This document shows, one piece after another, positions 21,282 to 29,939 of a stretch of 64,000 nucleotides of DNA; within the stretch, counting starts at the first letter, position 1; the number at the start of each line of letters is the position of its first letter. A program made the position numbers and the translations under genes. This DNA comes from an uncultured Chloroflexia bacterium (GTDB taxonomy: Bacteria > Chloroflexota > Limnocylindria > Limnocylindrales > CSP1-4): assembly GCA_963721015.1 (NCBI GenBank), contig CAVRHM010000006.1:141399-205398 (forward strand), given 5' to 3'. The notes beneath the pieces were generated by a model. That model saw nothing but the letters and a program-made list of their open reading frames with translations, was not told where the DNA came from and did not search any database.

Positions 21282-22109
21282 TCAGGCGGACGGTCCCTGC
21301 TCGACGACGGTGACCACGCGCGTCCCGTCCTCGGTCGACAGGTCGACGACGGTCCAGGTGTCGTTGTTCGTCTCGTCCACCTCGACGAAGTGATCTGACG
21401 GGTCCGCGATGGCCCGAAGCCGGTAGCGGCCATCCGGGACGTCCGTGATGAGGATCGTCTGGTCGAGCAGATACCAGGGATAGTTGTCGCCCCAGCCGAT
21501 GGATAGACCCATCGCGATGTCCCGGTCGGTCGGCGTGCCGCATTCCGCGGCCCCATACGTCGCCGCCGCTGGTGCACCGTCGAGCGTCGTCCGGTAGTCG
21601 ACGTTGTCGAAGAAGCAGAAGCCCGTCTTGACCAGGCTGCCGACGACCTCACCGTCCATCGTCTCGAGCTGGTGGGCCTCAGCGCCGCGGACGTGCCAGT
21701 GATCGTGTAAATCGCCGCCGAAGATGAGCGACGCGTCGGTCTGACGCTCGCTATACCCGCCCGGGGCTTCGTCCTCGATCCGCTGGCTCACCTGCCAGCC
21801 GTCGCCGAACGGCATCCGCCGGTGGGCGGCGACGAGCATGTCACCGTCCCCGACGTTGACGATGGACGCGGAGAAGCGCAGATAGACCGTTCCGTCAGCC
21901 TCGGTGCCGATGAGGATGTCGGACAGCGGGGCCATCCCGAGGTCCGGATACCGAGGCTCAACGGGCGCATCGAGCGGCGGCGGCGTCGGCCCGCCGGTCT
22001 GGTAGAGGACGATGCCGATCGCCCCGGCTGCGACGAGCAGGACGAGCAGCAGGAGGCTGACCGCTCGAAGGACGATCGAGGGAGAGGCCGGCGGCGTGGG
22101 TTCGGTCAT
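21282..22109 (-). CDS. membrane-anchored lysyl oxidase family protein
   Basis: N-terminal TM; PDL, HDHWH (Cu site), KTGFC (LTQ Lys), GLSIGWGDNY (LTQ Tyr), DQTILITDVPDGRY and EVDETNN align with the LOX catalytic domain. Confidence 0.85.
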   Translation of the reverse strand: MTEPTPPASPSIVLRAVSLLLLVLLVAAGAIGIVLYQTGGPTPPPLDAPVEPRYPDLGMAPLSDILIGTEADGTVYLRFSASIVNVGDGDMLVAAHRRMPFGDGWQVSQRIEDEAPGGYSERQTDASLIFGGDLHDHWHVRGAEAHQLETMDGEVVGSLVKTGFCFFDNVDYRTTLDGAPAAATYGAAECGTPTDRDIAMGLSIGWGDNYPWYLLDQTILITDVPDGRYRLRAIADPSDHFVEVDETNNDTWTVVDLSTEDGTRVVTVVEQGPSA

Positions 22110-22117
22110 GGCGGGCA

Positions 22118-22150
22118 ACGATAACGCCCCCGGCCGAAGCCGGGGGCGTC
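22118..22150 (-). terminator. intrinsic terminator-like hairpin
   Basis: ACGCCCCCGGC-TTCG-GCCGGGGGCGT followed by TATCGTT on the minus strand, downstream of 22179..22616. Confidence 0.7.
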
Positions 22151-22178
22151 AGGCGATCCGGTACGAGACCGGGTGAGC

Positions 22179-22616
22179 TCAGCCCTTCTTGTCGAAGCAG
22201 AAGGTGATGTGGCTCACGCCATAGGGCTTGTCGCTGTTGTCGTTCCAAGCCGCCTGCAGGTTCGTGTCGCTATCGTCCGTGTCCTGGCCGTAGATGTACA
22301 CGACGGAGCTGGTCGGGCCGCCCTTCACGATGACCGCGGCGATGTCGTACTTGCTCGAGCCGCTGTCCGTGAACTTCCAGTCGAACGAGTCGCCGTCCAG
22401 GTTCTTGATCTTGATCGGCCCATAGACGCCGTTGGCCGGGTCGTCGATCTTGAACGACTTGAAGGTGTCGCTGTCGCACGTCGCGTCCTTCCACGGCGTG
22501 ACGACGATGACACTGTCGGCATTCGGGGCGACGGACGCCGCGCTGGCCGTGAAGAAGGCGCCGCTCGCGAACATCGCGAGGGCCGAGATTCCGATGAGGA
22601 CCTTGATCTTGCGCAT
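22179..22616 (-). CDS. small secreted Lys/Asp-rich protein of unknown function
   Basis: GGAGG RBS; signal peptide MRKIKVLIG...TASA; AVIVKGG...Y.Y and VSHITFC motifs; two Cys. Confidence 0.8.
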   Translation of the reverse strand: MRKIKVLIGISALAMFASGAFFTASAASVAPNADSVIVVTPWKDATCDSDTFKSFKIDDPANGVYGPIKIKNLDGDSFDWKFTDSGSSKYDIAAVIVKGGPTSSVVYIYGQDTDDSDTNLQAAWNDNSDKPYGVSHITFCFDKKG

Positions 22617-22818
22617 GCTGCCTCCGCAATCCCCGGATGGGTGGTCGGGTACTGGCGTGCCCGAGCGGCGGGACTCCCCCCGCGTCCCTTGCAGCATCCC
22701 TAACAGTCCTGCCCGTGTCCAGTACTTTCGGTGTCAACGTGCCGTCACGCGCCGTGGTTCCGGTGCGCACGGGCAACGTTTGCAGCCGGCTTCACGGGGA
22801 TTCGGGCCGCGGGGTCAG

Positions 22819-23784
22819 CTACGGCGTATAGGTGACGCTCACCGCGAGGTAGTCGAGGCGGAACTGCTTGGTGCCCTGCGACGAGGCGTCGATGAGGCGG
22901 ACCCGGAAGTTCGCCGCCGACAGCTGGCCCGGCGTCCAGGTCCGGCCCCAGGTATCCGTCGCCGACCCGAACGTGTAGGTCGTCAGGGTCATCGTGTTGA
23001 TGGCCTGCGCTTGCATCGCGGTCCAGGTCGCCCCACCGTCCCACGACAGCTGGACGCACACATTGGAGTTGCCGCCGTTGTTGTTCATGCCCAGATCCGC
23101 CCGGACGGAGATACCGTCGATCGAGGTCACCGACCCGGGCACGCCCGTCGCGAAGCCCCAGAACCGGTGGCGGTCCTTGCGGACATCCGGCGTCGTCCCG
23201 GTGCCGCATGACTGGTTGCCGCCGGTGCCGCTGTTGTCGTCCATCGCGCTGAGCGCGTCGTCGACGCACGCCCGGCTCGGGTTCGACTCGTAGCCGTTGT
23301 CGTCGCCCGCGTCGGGCGTGTCCGCGGCGTTGCTCGCGGCGACGCACGTGGCGTAGGCGGTCGACGTGTTCGTCGAGACGGTCGCGCTCGCCTCGTTGCT
23401 GACGGCACTCGTCCACGACTCGAAGACCGATCGCAGGACATACGACCACGTCCCGTTGCCCGGGCTGTCCGTCGTCGTGGTCGCGGTCCGCGGTGTGACC
23501 GATCCGATGGCGCTGTACGGACCGCCACTGGTCGGCCCCCGGAGCACCGTATAGCCCGTTGCGTAGCCGTCGACGGTCGGCGTCCAGGTCAGGGTGACCG
23601 CGCTGCCGCCGGTCGCGGCCAACCCGGTCGGCGCGGCGAGGGTGTCGGACGCCCACGTCCCGGACACGTCGGCAGCGTCGGTCAGGCGGGCCAGCGACGT
23701 CGTGGCCGGGGCCAGCATGGCGATGGTCAGGATCGCCGCCGCGGCGAGGCTGGCCGCCCAGCGCCCCCGGTTCCGGCCCATCAC
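22819..23784 (-). CDS. secreted protein with a SipW-type signal peptide, FN3-like domain and Cys-containing C-terminal domain
   Basis: TTSLA-RLTD cleavage motif resembling the neighbouring TasA-like SLA-IFTD; LAAPTGL..VTLTW..GY.V.R..GGPY; GTGA overlap with sipW. Confidence 0.78.
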   Translation of the reverse strand: MMGRNRGRWAASLAAAAILTIAMLAPATTSLARLTDAADVSGTWASDTLAAPTGLAATGGSAVTLTWTPTVDGYATGYTVLRGPTSGGPYSAIGSVTPRTATTTTDSPGNGTWSYVLRSVFESWTSAVSNEASATVSTNTSTAYATCVAASNAADTPDAGDDNGYESNPSRACVDDALSAMDDNSGTGGNQSCGTGTTPDVRKDRHRFWGFATGVPGSVTSIDGISVRADLGMNNNGGNSNVCVQLSWDGGATWTAMQAQAINTMTLTTYTFGSATDTWGRTWTPGQLSAANFRVRLIDASSQGTKQFRLDYLAVSVTYTP

Positions 23785-24548
23785 GCGCCCTGGCCGGTCG
23801 GGCGTGGTCGCGTGCTGCGTGACGCGCGGCGCCGGACCTCCCCGGTCCGCAGCGGGTGCTGGGCGCGACGCCGGGGCGAGGCGCCCTGGTCCAGGCGAAC
23901 GGACGCCCTGGCCGGCGCCACCGGATGGACGGCCACCGCCTCGGCGGCCGGGACGGATCCCAGGACGGCCTGCGCGTGGCCACCGATCGCCGGACTCGGA
24001 CCACGAGCGGTCCGGCGCCGGGCAGCGGCCACGTCGTCGAGCCACCAGCCGAAGACGATGAGGAGGGCGCCGGTCGACAGCACGAGGATCACGCCCGGTG
24101 GCGCCGACATGAGGGCCAGCAGATAGCCGGCGTTCGGGACCATGACCGCGACCCGCCCGATGACGGCCGAGGCCGGCGTGATCGACGGATCCTTCTCGGC
24201 ATTGGCATCGCCCTTCGTCTCGATCCAGCGCTCGCCATCCTTGTCGACCAGGCGGGTGATCCGATGGGTGAACACGGCGCGCTGGCCGCCGCTCTGGAGG
24301 CTGACCACATCACCGACTCCGAGGTCGGCCTCGGAGACCGTGTCGAGGACGACCGCGGCGCCGATGGGGATGGCCGGCGACATCGAGGGACCGGCCACGA
24401 CGAAGACGGGGTGGCCGGTGGCCGGCAGGACGCGACCGAGGATGACCGAGCTCAGGCCGACAGCGACGATGGCCAGGAGCACGAGATCGACCACGCGCCC
24501 GAGCACGATCAGGGATCGTGCGGCGGTGGTCGGTCGATCGGCGGTCAT
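23781..24548 (-). CDS. sipW: signal peptidase I, SipW/ER type
   Basis: GPSMSP (Ser), THRI (His dyad), TKGDAN..D; N- and C-terminal TM segments. Confidence 0.9.
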   Translation of the reverse strand: MTADRPTTAARSLIVLGRVVDLVLLAIVAVGLSSVILGRVLPATGHPVFVVAGPSMSPAIPIGAAVVLDTVSEADLGVGDVVSLQSGGQRAVFTHRITRLVDKDGERWIETKGDANAEKDPSITPASAVIGRVAVMVPNAGYLLALMSAPPGVILVLSTGALLIVFGWWLDDVAAARRRTARGPSPAIGGHAQAVLGSVPAAEAVAVHPVAPARASVRLDQGASPRRRAQHPLRTGEVRRRASRSTRPRPTGQGA

Positions 24549-24579
24549 GGCTGGGACGCTCCTGTGCCCGGAACGGTGA

Positions 24580-24614
24580 CCGGACCGCGACCCGCCAGGC
24601 GGGTCGCGGTCCGG
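24580..24614. other. perfect 17-bp inverted repeat between the TasA-like gene and sipW
   Basis: CCGGACCGCGACCCGCC-A-GGCGGGTCGCGGTCCGG; no U-tract. Confidence 0.8.
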
Positions 24615-24633
24615 GGTGCAGCCGTGATGCGGA

Positions 24634-25233
24634 TTACGGGTTGTTGTCGACCTGCTCGGCGTCGAACGTGAAGGTCGCGCTCGACGACTCGCCCTGGGCG
24701 CTGTTGCCCGTGGCCAGCGGCAGCGTGACGCGGAAGCACAGGACTTCGTCGTCACCGGCCAGCAGCGTGCGGTCGTCGGTGTCGTCACCCTGGGCCGGGC
24801 TGCCGATCGCGGCGCCATCGAGGGCCGTGGCCGCCAGGACGGTCGAGCCGTCGAAGGTGGCGCAGTCGGTCCCCTGGGTCTTGACCGTCAGGGTCAGCGT
24901 GTCGCCCAACGCGTTGGTCGCGACGGTCGACAGCGCGTAGCGCAGGTCGGCGGTGCCGTCATTGGAGATGGTCAGGGCGGCCGTGTCAGTGTCGCCCGGG
25001 ACCATGTCCGTGACGGTGAACGCGACCGTGGGGTTCGAGTTGATGTCGACGGTCCCGGACGTGAAGGTCCCGGTCGAGGCATCGCTGTCCGTGAAGATGG
25101 CGAGCGAGAACATGCCGGCGCCCAGGCTGATCGTCGTCAGGCCAAGCAGCAGGGCGAGGATGCCCCGGCGCCGGCGGCGCGACGGGCGCTCCTCGGCGGT
25201 GATCGGCAGGACGGTACTCGGTGCGTGATCCAT
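24634..25233 (-). CDS. TasA/camelysin (M73)-family SipW-dependent secreted protein
   Basis: RRRRR + hydrophobic + GMFSLA-IFTD..STGTFTSGTVDI; MVPGD, ISNDGT..LRY, GNSAQG..FTFDAEQ; adjacent to sipW. Confidence 0.88.
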   Translation of the reverse strand: MDHAPSTVLPITAEERPSRRRRRGILALLLGLTTISLGAGMFSLAIFTDSDASTGTFTSGTVDINSNPTVAFTVTDMVPGDTDTAALTISNDGTADLRYALSTVATNALGDTLTLTVKTQGTDCATFDGSTVLAATALDGAAIGSPAQGDDTDDRTLLAGDDEVLCFRVTLPLATGNSAQGESSSATFTFDAEQVDNNP

Positions 25234-25477
25234 GGTGGTGCGCAAGCCTCGTTCGGCGGCGGCTGCCGCGGTCGTTCCCGGTGGTCTCCGGATCCATTGC
25301 CCCCGACGCTCCTGGACCCCGGTGTGGGTGTCGCGAACCGGCTGGATGCGTCGACCCCATGCAATCAGACCGATGACGTACGTCGCCACGGGACGAGTGG
25401 GTCACGGACACCGGTACCTTGGTCCGGCGCGTCACACGGTTCGGTGCCGCGAGGCGCCGCATTCGCGGTGTCGGATT

Positions 25478-25499
25478 CGGGCGTCGTGAGCGACGCCCG
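25478..25499 (-). terminator. hairpin just after the enoyl-CoA hydratase stop
   Basis: 9-bp stem CGGGCGTCG/CGACGCCCG with 4-nt loop; no clear U-tract. Confidence 0.45.
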
Positions 25500-25510
25500 G
25501 AGACCCGCGG

Positions 25511-26368
25511 TCAGCCTGGCTCGTCCGCCCCCGGATCCGTGATCTCGCCTGACCGGCCGCTGTCCGCCAGCCGCTCGTCGTAGCGCTCGTCGCGCCAGGC
25601 CAGCGCCGCCTTCAGGCCATCGCGCCGGACGATCGCGTCGAAGGCGCGCTGGGTCGCGCTCATGTTGATGATCGACTGCAGGTCGAGGCCGGCCTCGATG
25701 GCGGTCAGGAACCCGGCGGCCTCCATCGCCCGATTGAGCATCGCCTTGGTCGGGGCCATGACGTCGCCGGGCACCCGGGCCAGCCGGTCGGCCAGGGCGT
25801 CGACCTCGGCCTCGAGCGCGTCGGCCGGGACGACCCGATTGACCAGCCCGATCCGCTCCGCCCGCTCGGCGTCGATGAGATCGCCGGTCATGAGCAGCTC
25901 GCGCGTGACCTTCTGGCCGATGAGGTAGGGCATGAGGAAGGTCACCGGCGCCGATCCGAACCGGATCTCCGGCTCACCGAGCTGGGACCCTTCGGCCGCC
26001 ACGATGAGATCGCAGGCCATGGCCAGCTCCAGGCCACCGGCCAGGGCGTAGCCGTGGACCTGGGCGATGACCGGCTTGGGACAACGCCAGACGGCGAGCG
26101 TCGCCGCGACGTCCTCGGCCAGGAGCGATCGCCACGTCCACGTGTCGTCGGGCTGGGCCTCGGACAGGTCGTAGCCCGAGCAGAACGCGCGCCCGGCGCC
26201 GGCGATGACGATGACCCGGACCCCGTCGTCCTCGGTGGCCGCCGCGATCGCGGCGACCAGCGCCTCGCGGAGCTCGTGGTTGATGGCGTTGAGCTTGGCT
26301 GGCCGATCGAGGGTCAGGCGGACGCCCCACGGCATCGGCGTCGTTCGAAGGACCGGCTCGTCAGCCAT
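25511..26368 (-). CDS. enoyl-CoA hydratase/isomerase family protein
   Basis: LDRPAKLNA, AFCSGYDL, GYALAGGLELAMACD, PEIRFG. Confidence 0.93.
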   Translation of the reverse strand: MADEPVLRTTPMPWGVRLTLDRPAKLNAINHELREALVAAIAAATEDDGVRVIVIAGAGRAFCSGYDLSEAQPDDTWTWRSLLAEDVAATLAVWRCPKPVIAQVHGYALAGGLELAMACDLIVAAEGSQLGEPEIRFGSAPVTFLMPYLIGQKVTRELLMTGDLIDAERAERIGLVNRVVPADALEAEVDALADRLARVPGDVMAPTKAMLNRAMEAAGFLTAIEAGLDLQSIINMSATQRAFDAIVRRDGLKAALAWRDERYDERLADSGRSGEITDPGADEPG

Positions 26369-28670
26369 GCGCGGATGGCGCCGCCTCGCCATGGGCGCGG
26401 TCCAGGACGACCAGGGCGTCGACCGCGACGACCCCGTCCGGGGCCGCGATGACCGGATTGATGTCGATCTCCCGGATGTCCGGCCGGGCCACGGCCAGGC
26501 GCGACAGGGCGACGATCATGTCGGCCAGGCCACCCCGGTCGGCAGCGGGACGCCCACGGAGGCCGTCGAGGATCCGCGTGCCGCGCAGCTCACCGAGCAT
26601 CGTCAGCGCTTCGGCACGACTGACCGGCGCCAGGCGGATCGCGACATCGTCCAGGAGCTCGGTCAGGATGCCGCCGAGGCCGACGATGACGGCCGGACCG
26701 AACGAGGGGTCGCGCTGGACGCCGAGGATGACCTCCACGCCCGGGTCGGCCATCGGCTCGACGAGGAGGCCGTGGCTGTCGAGTCCGTGCCGACGGCCGG
26801 CCTCGAGCAGCGCCTCGCCGGCGGACCGGATGGCCTCATCGCCGACGAGGCCGAGGCGAACGAGGCCCAGGTCCGATTTATGGGCCAGGTCCACTGCGTC
26901 CAGCTTGAGCGCGACGGCATGGCCGGCCAACGGCCGGGCCGCCTCCACGGCAGCATCGGCATCGGGGACCGCGATGGCGGCGGTCACCGCGAGGCCGGCG
27001 GCGCGCAGCAGCTCGAGGCTGTCGCGCTCGGACAGCGTCACCTGCCCGGCGGTCGGCTCGGGACTCGAAGGCGCCCCGGCGGCTGCCGACGCCAGCGCCG
27101 CGGACTCGGGTGAGCGCACGTACGGGGTTCGGTCCGCCGCCAGGTCCGGCCAGGAGGTCCGCCACGGGCCGTCGTCCCGGCGACGCTCCCGCCGGCCCGT
27201 CCACCGGGCGACGGCGGCGATGGCGGTGAAGGCCTCGACCGCGCCGCGCAGCAGCGGCGCCCCGTGGCCGTCGCCGTCCAGCAGGGCCTTGGTCGCGGGC
27301 GGCGGCTCGCCGGACGTCAGGGACACGTAGACCGGCAGGAGGTCGGGGCGTGTCGCCGTCACGGCCAGGAGCTCGGCCGTGACCTCGTTGGCGGTCGCGA
27401 CCTCGGCCGGCATCGACTGGTACGGGAAGTCGTGGACGAGGCACAGCACGTCGTACGCGCCGGACGCCGCCATCGCCTCGAAGCTCGCCCGGTACGCCTC
27501 GGCCGGGTCAGCGGCTCCCCACGGGTCGAGCGGGTTGCCGATGTAGCCCATCGTCGGCAGGCGTTCCAGGATCGACGCCCGGGCCGCCGGCGGGATCGGC
27601 GGCAGGTCGATCCCGGTCCGGGGCGCGAGGTCGGCGACGAGCGACGCCTCGCCCGTGCTGACGGTCACGACCCCGGTCCGCCCGCGGCCCACCCCGCGGC
27701 CGGTGCGCCGGATGCCCTCGACCAGCTCGGCCGTCTCGAGCAGCTCATCGAGGTCGGCGCAGCGGATGACGCCGGCCGCATCCAGGGCCGCGTCCGTGAT
27801 CCGAGCCTCGCCGGCCAGGGATCCGGAGTGCGCGACGGCGGCGGCCTGGGCCTGGGCACTCCGGCCGACCTTGACCGCCATGATCGGCTTGCCCAGCGCG
27901 AGCGCCCGGTCGGCCAGGGCCAGGAACCGCTCGGGCCGCTTGAAGCCCTCGACGAACAGGATGACCGACGTCGTCTCGGGGTCGTCCAGGCAGTACGCGA
28001 GGTAGTCGCAGACGTCGAGGGCCACCTCGGTGCCGCAGCTGATGATCCGGCTGAAGCCGATCCGCGAGCCCGAGTGGATGAACGCGTCCGTCACGGACCC
28101 GGACTGGGCGATGCCGGCCACGCCGCCCCGCGGCAGGTATGGCGACACGTCGCCGATGTAGGCGGAGCTGTTGGCCGTGAAGTCGACGACGCCCATGCAG
28201 TTGGGGCCGACGAGGGCCAGATCGTGGGCGCGGGCGATGTCGGCCACCTCGGCCTGCATCGCGGCCGCTGCCTCGCCCCCCTCGACGACGCCGCCGCCCG
28301 GGATGATGACCGCCGGCACACCGGCGGCGGCCGCATCACGGGTGACCATCGCGGCCCGCAACGGATTCAGGGCCACGAGCGCGATGTCCGGCCGCTCCGG
28401 GAGCGACCGCAGGTCCGGGTAGCAGATCTGGCCAAGAAGCTGGTCGTACTTGGGATTCACGAAGTGGCAGCGCGTCTCGCTGCCCATCGCCCGCAGGTTG
28501 TCGCGCACGGTCTCGGCGATCCAGCCGCGGGCGGACGCGCCGACGATGGCGATGGACCGCGGCGCGAAGAGCGGTCGAAGGTCGATCGTCGGCGTGGCGG
28601 CCGGCGCCGGGGCGGACGCCGTGGTCACGCCGGCGGCCGGCAAGGTCGGCGAGCTCGGGCGGGCGGCCAT
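26361..28670 (-). CDS. acetate/acyl-CoA ligase (ADP-forming) family, CoA-binding plus ATP-grasp domains
   Basis: PRSIAIVGAS, GPNCMG, AQSG, AHSGSLAG (phospho-His), NPLD, HKSDLG, DINP. Confidence 0.9.
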   Translation of the reverse strand: MAARPSSPTLPAAGVTTASAPAPAATPTIDLRPLFAPRSIAIVGASARGWIAETVRDNLRAMGSETRCHFVNPKYDQLLGQICYPDLRSLPERPDIALVALNPLRAAMVTRDAAAAGVPAVIIPGGGVVEGGEAAAAMQAEVADIARAHDLALVGPNCMGVVDFTANSSAYIGDVSPYLPRGGVAGIAQSGSVTDAFIHSGSRIGFSRIISCGTEVALDVCDYLAYCLDDPETTSVILFVEGFKRPERFLALADRALALGKPIMAVKVGRSAQAQAAAVAHSGSLAGEARITDAALDAAGVIRCADLDELLETAELVEGIRRTGRGVGRGRTGVVTVSTGEASLVADLAPRTGIDLPPIPPAARASILERLPTMGYIGNPLDPWGAADPAEAYRASFEAMAASGAYDVLCLVHDFPYQSMPAEVATANEVTAELLAVTATRPDLLPVYVSLTSGEPPPATKALLDGDGHGAPLLRGAVEAFTAIAAVARWTGRRERRRDDGPWRTSWPDLAADRTPYVRSPESAALASAAAGAPSSPEPTAGQVTLSERDSLELLRAAGLAVTAAIAVPDADAAVEAARPLAGHAVALKLDAVDLAHKSDLGLVRLGLVGDEAIRSAGEALLEAGRRHGLDSHGLLVEPMADPGVEVILGVQRDPSFGPAVIVGLGGILTELLDDVAIRLAPVSRAEALTMLGELRGTRILDGLRGRPAADRGGLADMIVALSRLAVARPDIREIDINPVIAAPDGVVAVDALVVLDRAHGEAAPSAHG

Positions 28671-28674
28671 CGGC

Positions 28675-29853
28675 TCAGCCGACCACGCGGGCGACCCCGC
28701 GCTTCTCCATGGCCCGGGCGATGATGAGCCGCTGGATCTCGCTGGTGCCTTCCCAGATCCGGTCGACCCGGAGCTCGCGGAAGAACCGCTCGGCCGGGTT
28801 CTCGCGCATGTAGCCGCGCCCGCCGAAGACCTGGACGACCCGGTCGGCACAGCGGAACGCCGCTTCCGAGGCGAACAGCTTGGCCAGGGACGCCTTGGCG
28901 TGGAGGACCTTGGGATCCGTGCCGTGGTCGGCCAGCCAGGCCGCTTCGCGGGTCAGGAGTCGAGCAGCGGACGCGTCCGCAGCGGAGTCGGCCAGGGGGA
29001 AGGACACGCCCTGGAAGTCGTAGATCCGCTCGCCGAACTGGATGCGCTCCGTCGCCCAGTCGACGGCCAGGCCGAGCAGCCGCTCCATCGCTCCCGTGCA
29101 GCGGGCCCCGATGTGGATGCGCTCCTCGACGAACCACTCGTTGGTCAGGTCGTCCGCCCCGCCGACGGTGCCGAGGATGGCCGACGCCGGCACGCGCACA
29201 TCCTCGAGCACGAACTGCGGGTGTCGGTCGGCGAAGGTGTGCATGTAGTCGGGGTCGTGCTGCATGGTCAGCCCGGGCGTGTCGTAGTCGACCAGGAAGA
29301 GCGTCGGCCGCCGCTCGTCGCCGTCGATGACGTTGGCGTGGAAGATCATGAAATCGGTCTCGTCCGGTGGGCCGGTCACGAACCACTTCTCGCCGGCCAG
29401 GACGTAGTCGCCGGTCGCGGCGTCGCGGACGGCCGTCGCCTCGAGCGTTCGCGGATCGGAGCCGGCGTTCGGCTCGGTGATCGCGTAGCTGCCGAAGCGC
29501 TCGCCACGGAGGGACGGGTCCAGATAGCGGCGGCGCTGCTCGGCGTCGCAGTGGATGAGCGCGTTGTAGGCGCCCGGGATGAACGACCACAGCCCGCCGG
29601 TCCCCTGCCCCAGTTGCTCATGGACGAGGACCTGCTCGAGCATCGACCAGCCCTGGCCACCGACCTCGCGCGGCAGGGAGCCGCCGACCAGCCCGGCCTC
29701 GATCGAGGCATCACGGACGACGGCCTTCGCTTCCGCCGGCAGGCGCCCGCCGGCGCGCTCGAAGTCGGCCTCGAGGGGCTGGAGGACCTCGACGACGAAC
29801 CGTCGGGCACGGGCCTGGAGGTCGAGCTGCGCGTCCGTGAGGGTCAGGTCCAT
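28675..29853 (-). CDS. acyl-CoA dehydrogenase
   Basis: YAITEPNAGSD, GEKWFVT, RIQFG, QVFGGRGY, IWEGTSEIQR. Confidence 0.95.
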   Translation of the reverse strand: MDLTLTDAQLDLQARARRFVVEVLQPLEADFERAGGRLPAEAKAVVRDASIEAGLVGGSLPREVGGQGWSMLEQVLVHEQLGQGTGGLWSFIPGAYNALIHCDAEQRRRYLDPSLRGERFGSYAITEPNAGSDPRTLEATAVRDAATGDYVLAGEKWFVTGPPDETDFMIFHANVIDGDERRPTLFLVDYDTPGLTMQHDPDYMHTFADRHPQFVLEDVRVPASAILGTVGGADDLTNEWFVEERIHIGARCTGAMERLLGLAVDWATERIQFGERIYDFQGVSFPLADSAADASAARLLTREAAWLADHGTDPKVLHAKASLAKLFASEAAFRCADRVVQVFGGRGYMRENPAERFFRELRVDRIWEGTSEIQRLIIARAMEKRGVARVVG

Positions 29854-29939
29854 CGTGCCGAAGGATGCGGCACCCGAGTCGGTCGTCGGCCGTGGCGTCG
29901 CGGGGCGCGGGACGCCGGCGGGCCACCTACGATTGGGGC

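Noticed and set aside
22700-22740. Perfect TTGACA on the minus strand as the promoter of the Lys-rich protein gene
   Set aside because: No acceptable -10 hexamer at 16-18 nt spacing.
25234-25510. c-di-AMP (ydaO) or a third GEMM riboswitch upstream of the TasA-like gene
   Set aside because: Only fragmentary resemblance (GAATCC, GGGGG); the conserved cores could not be found.
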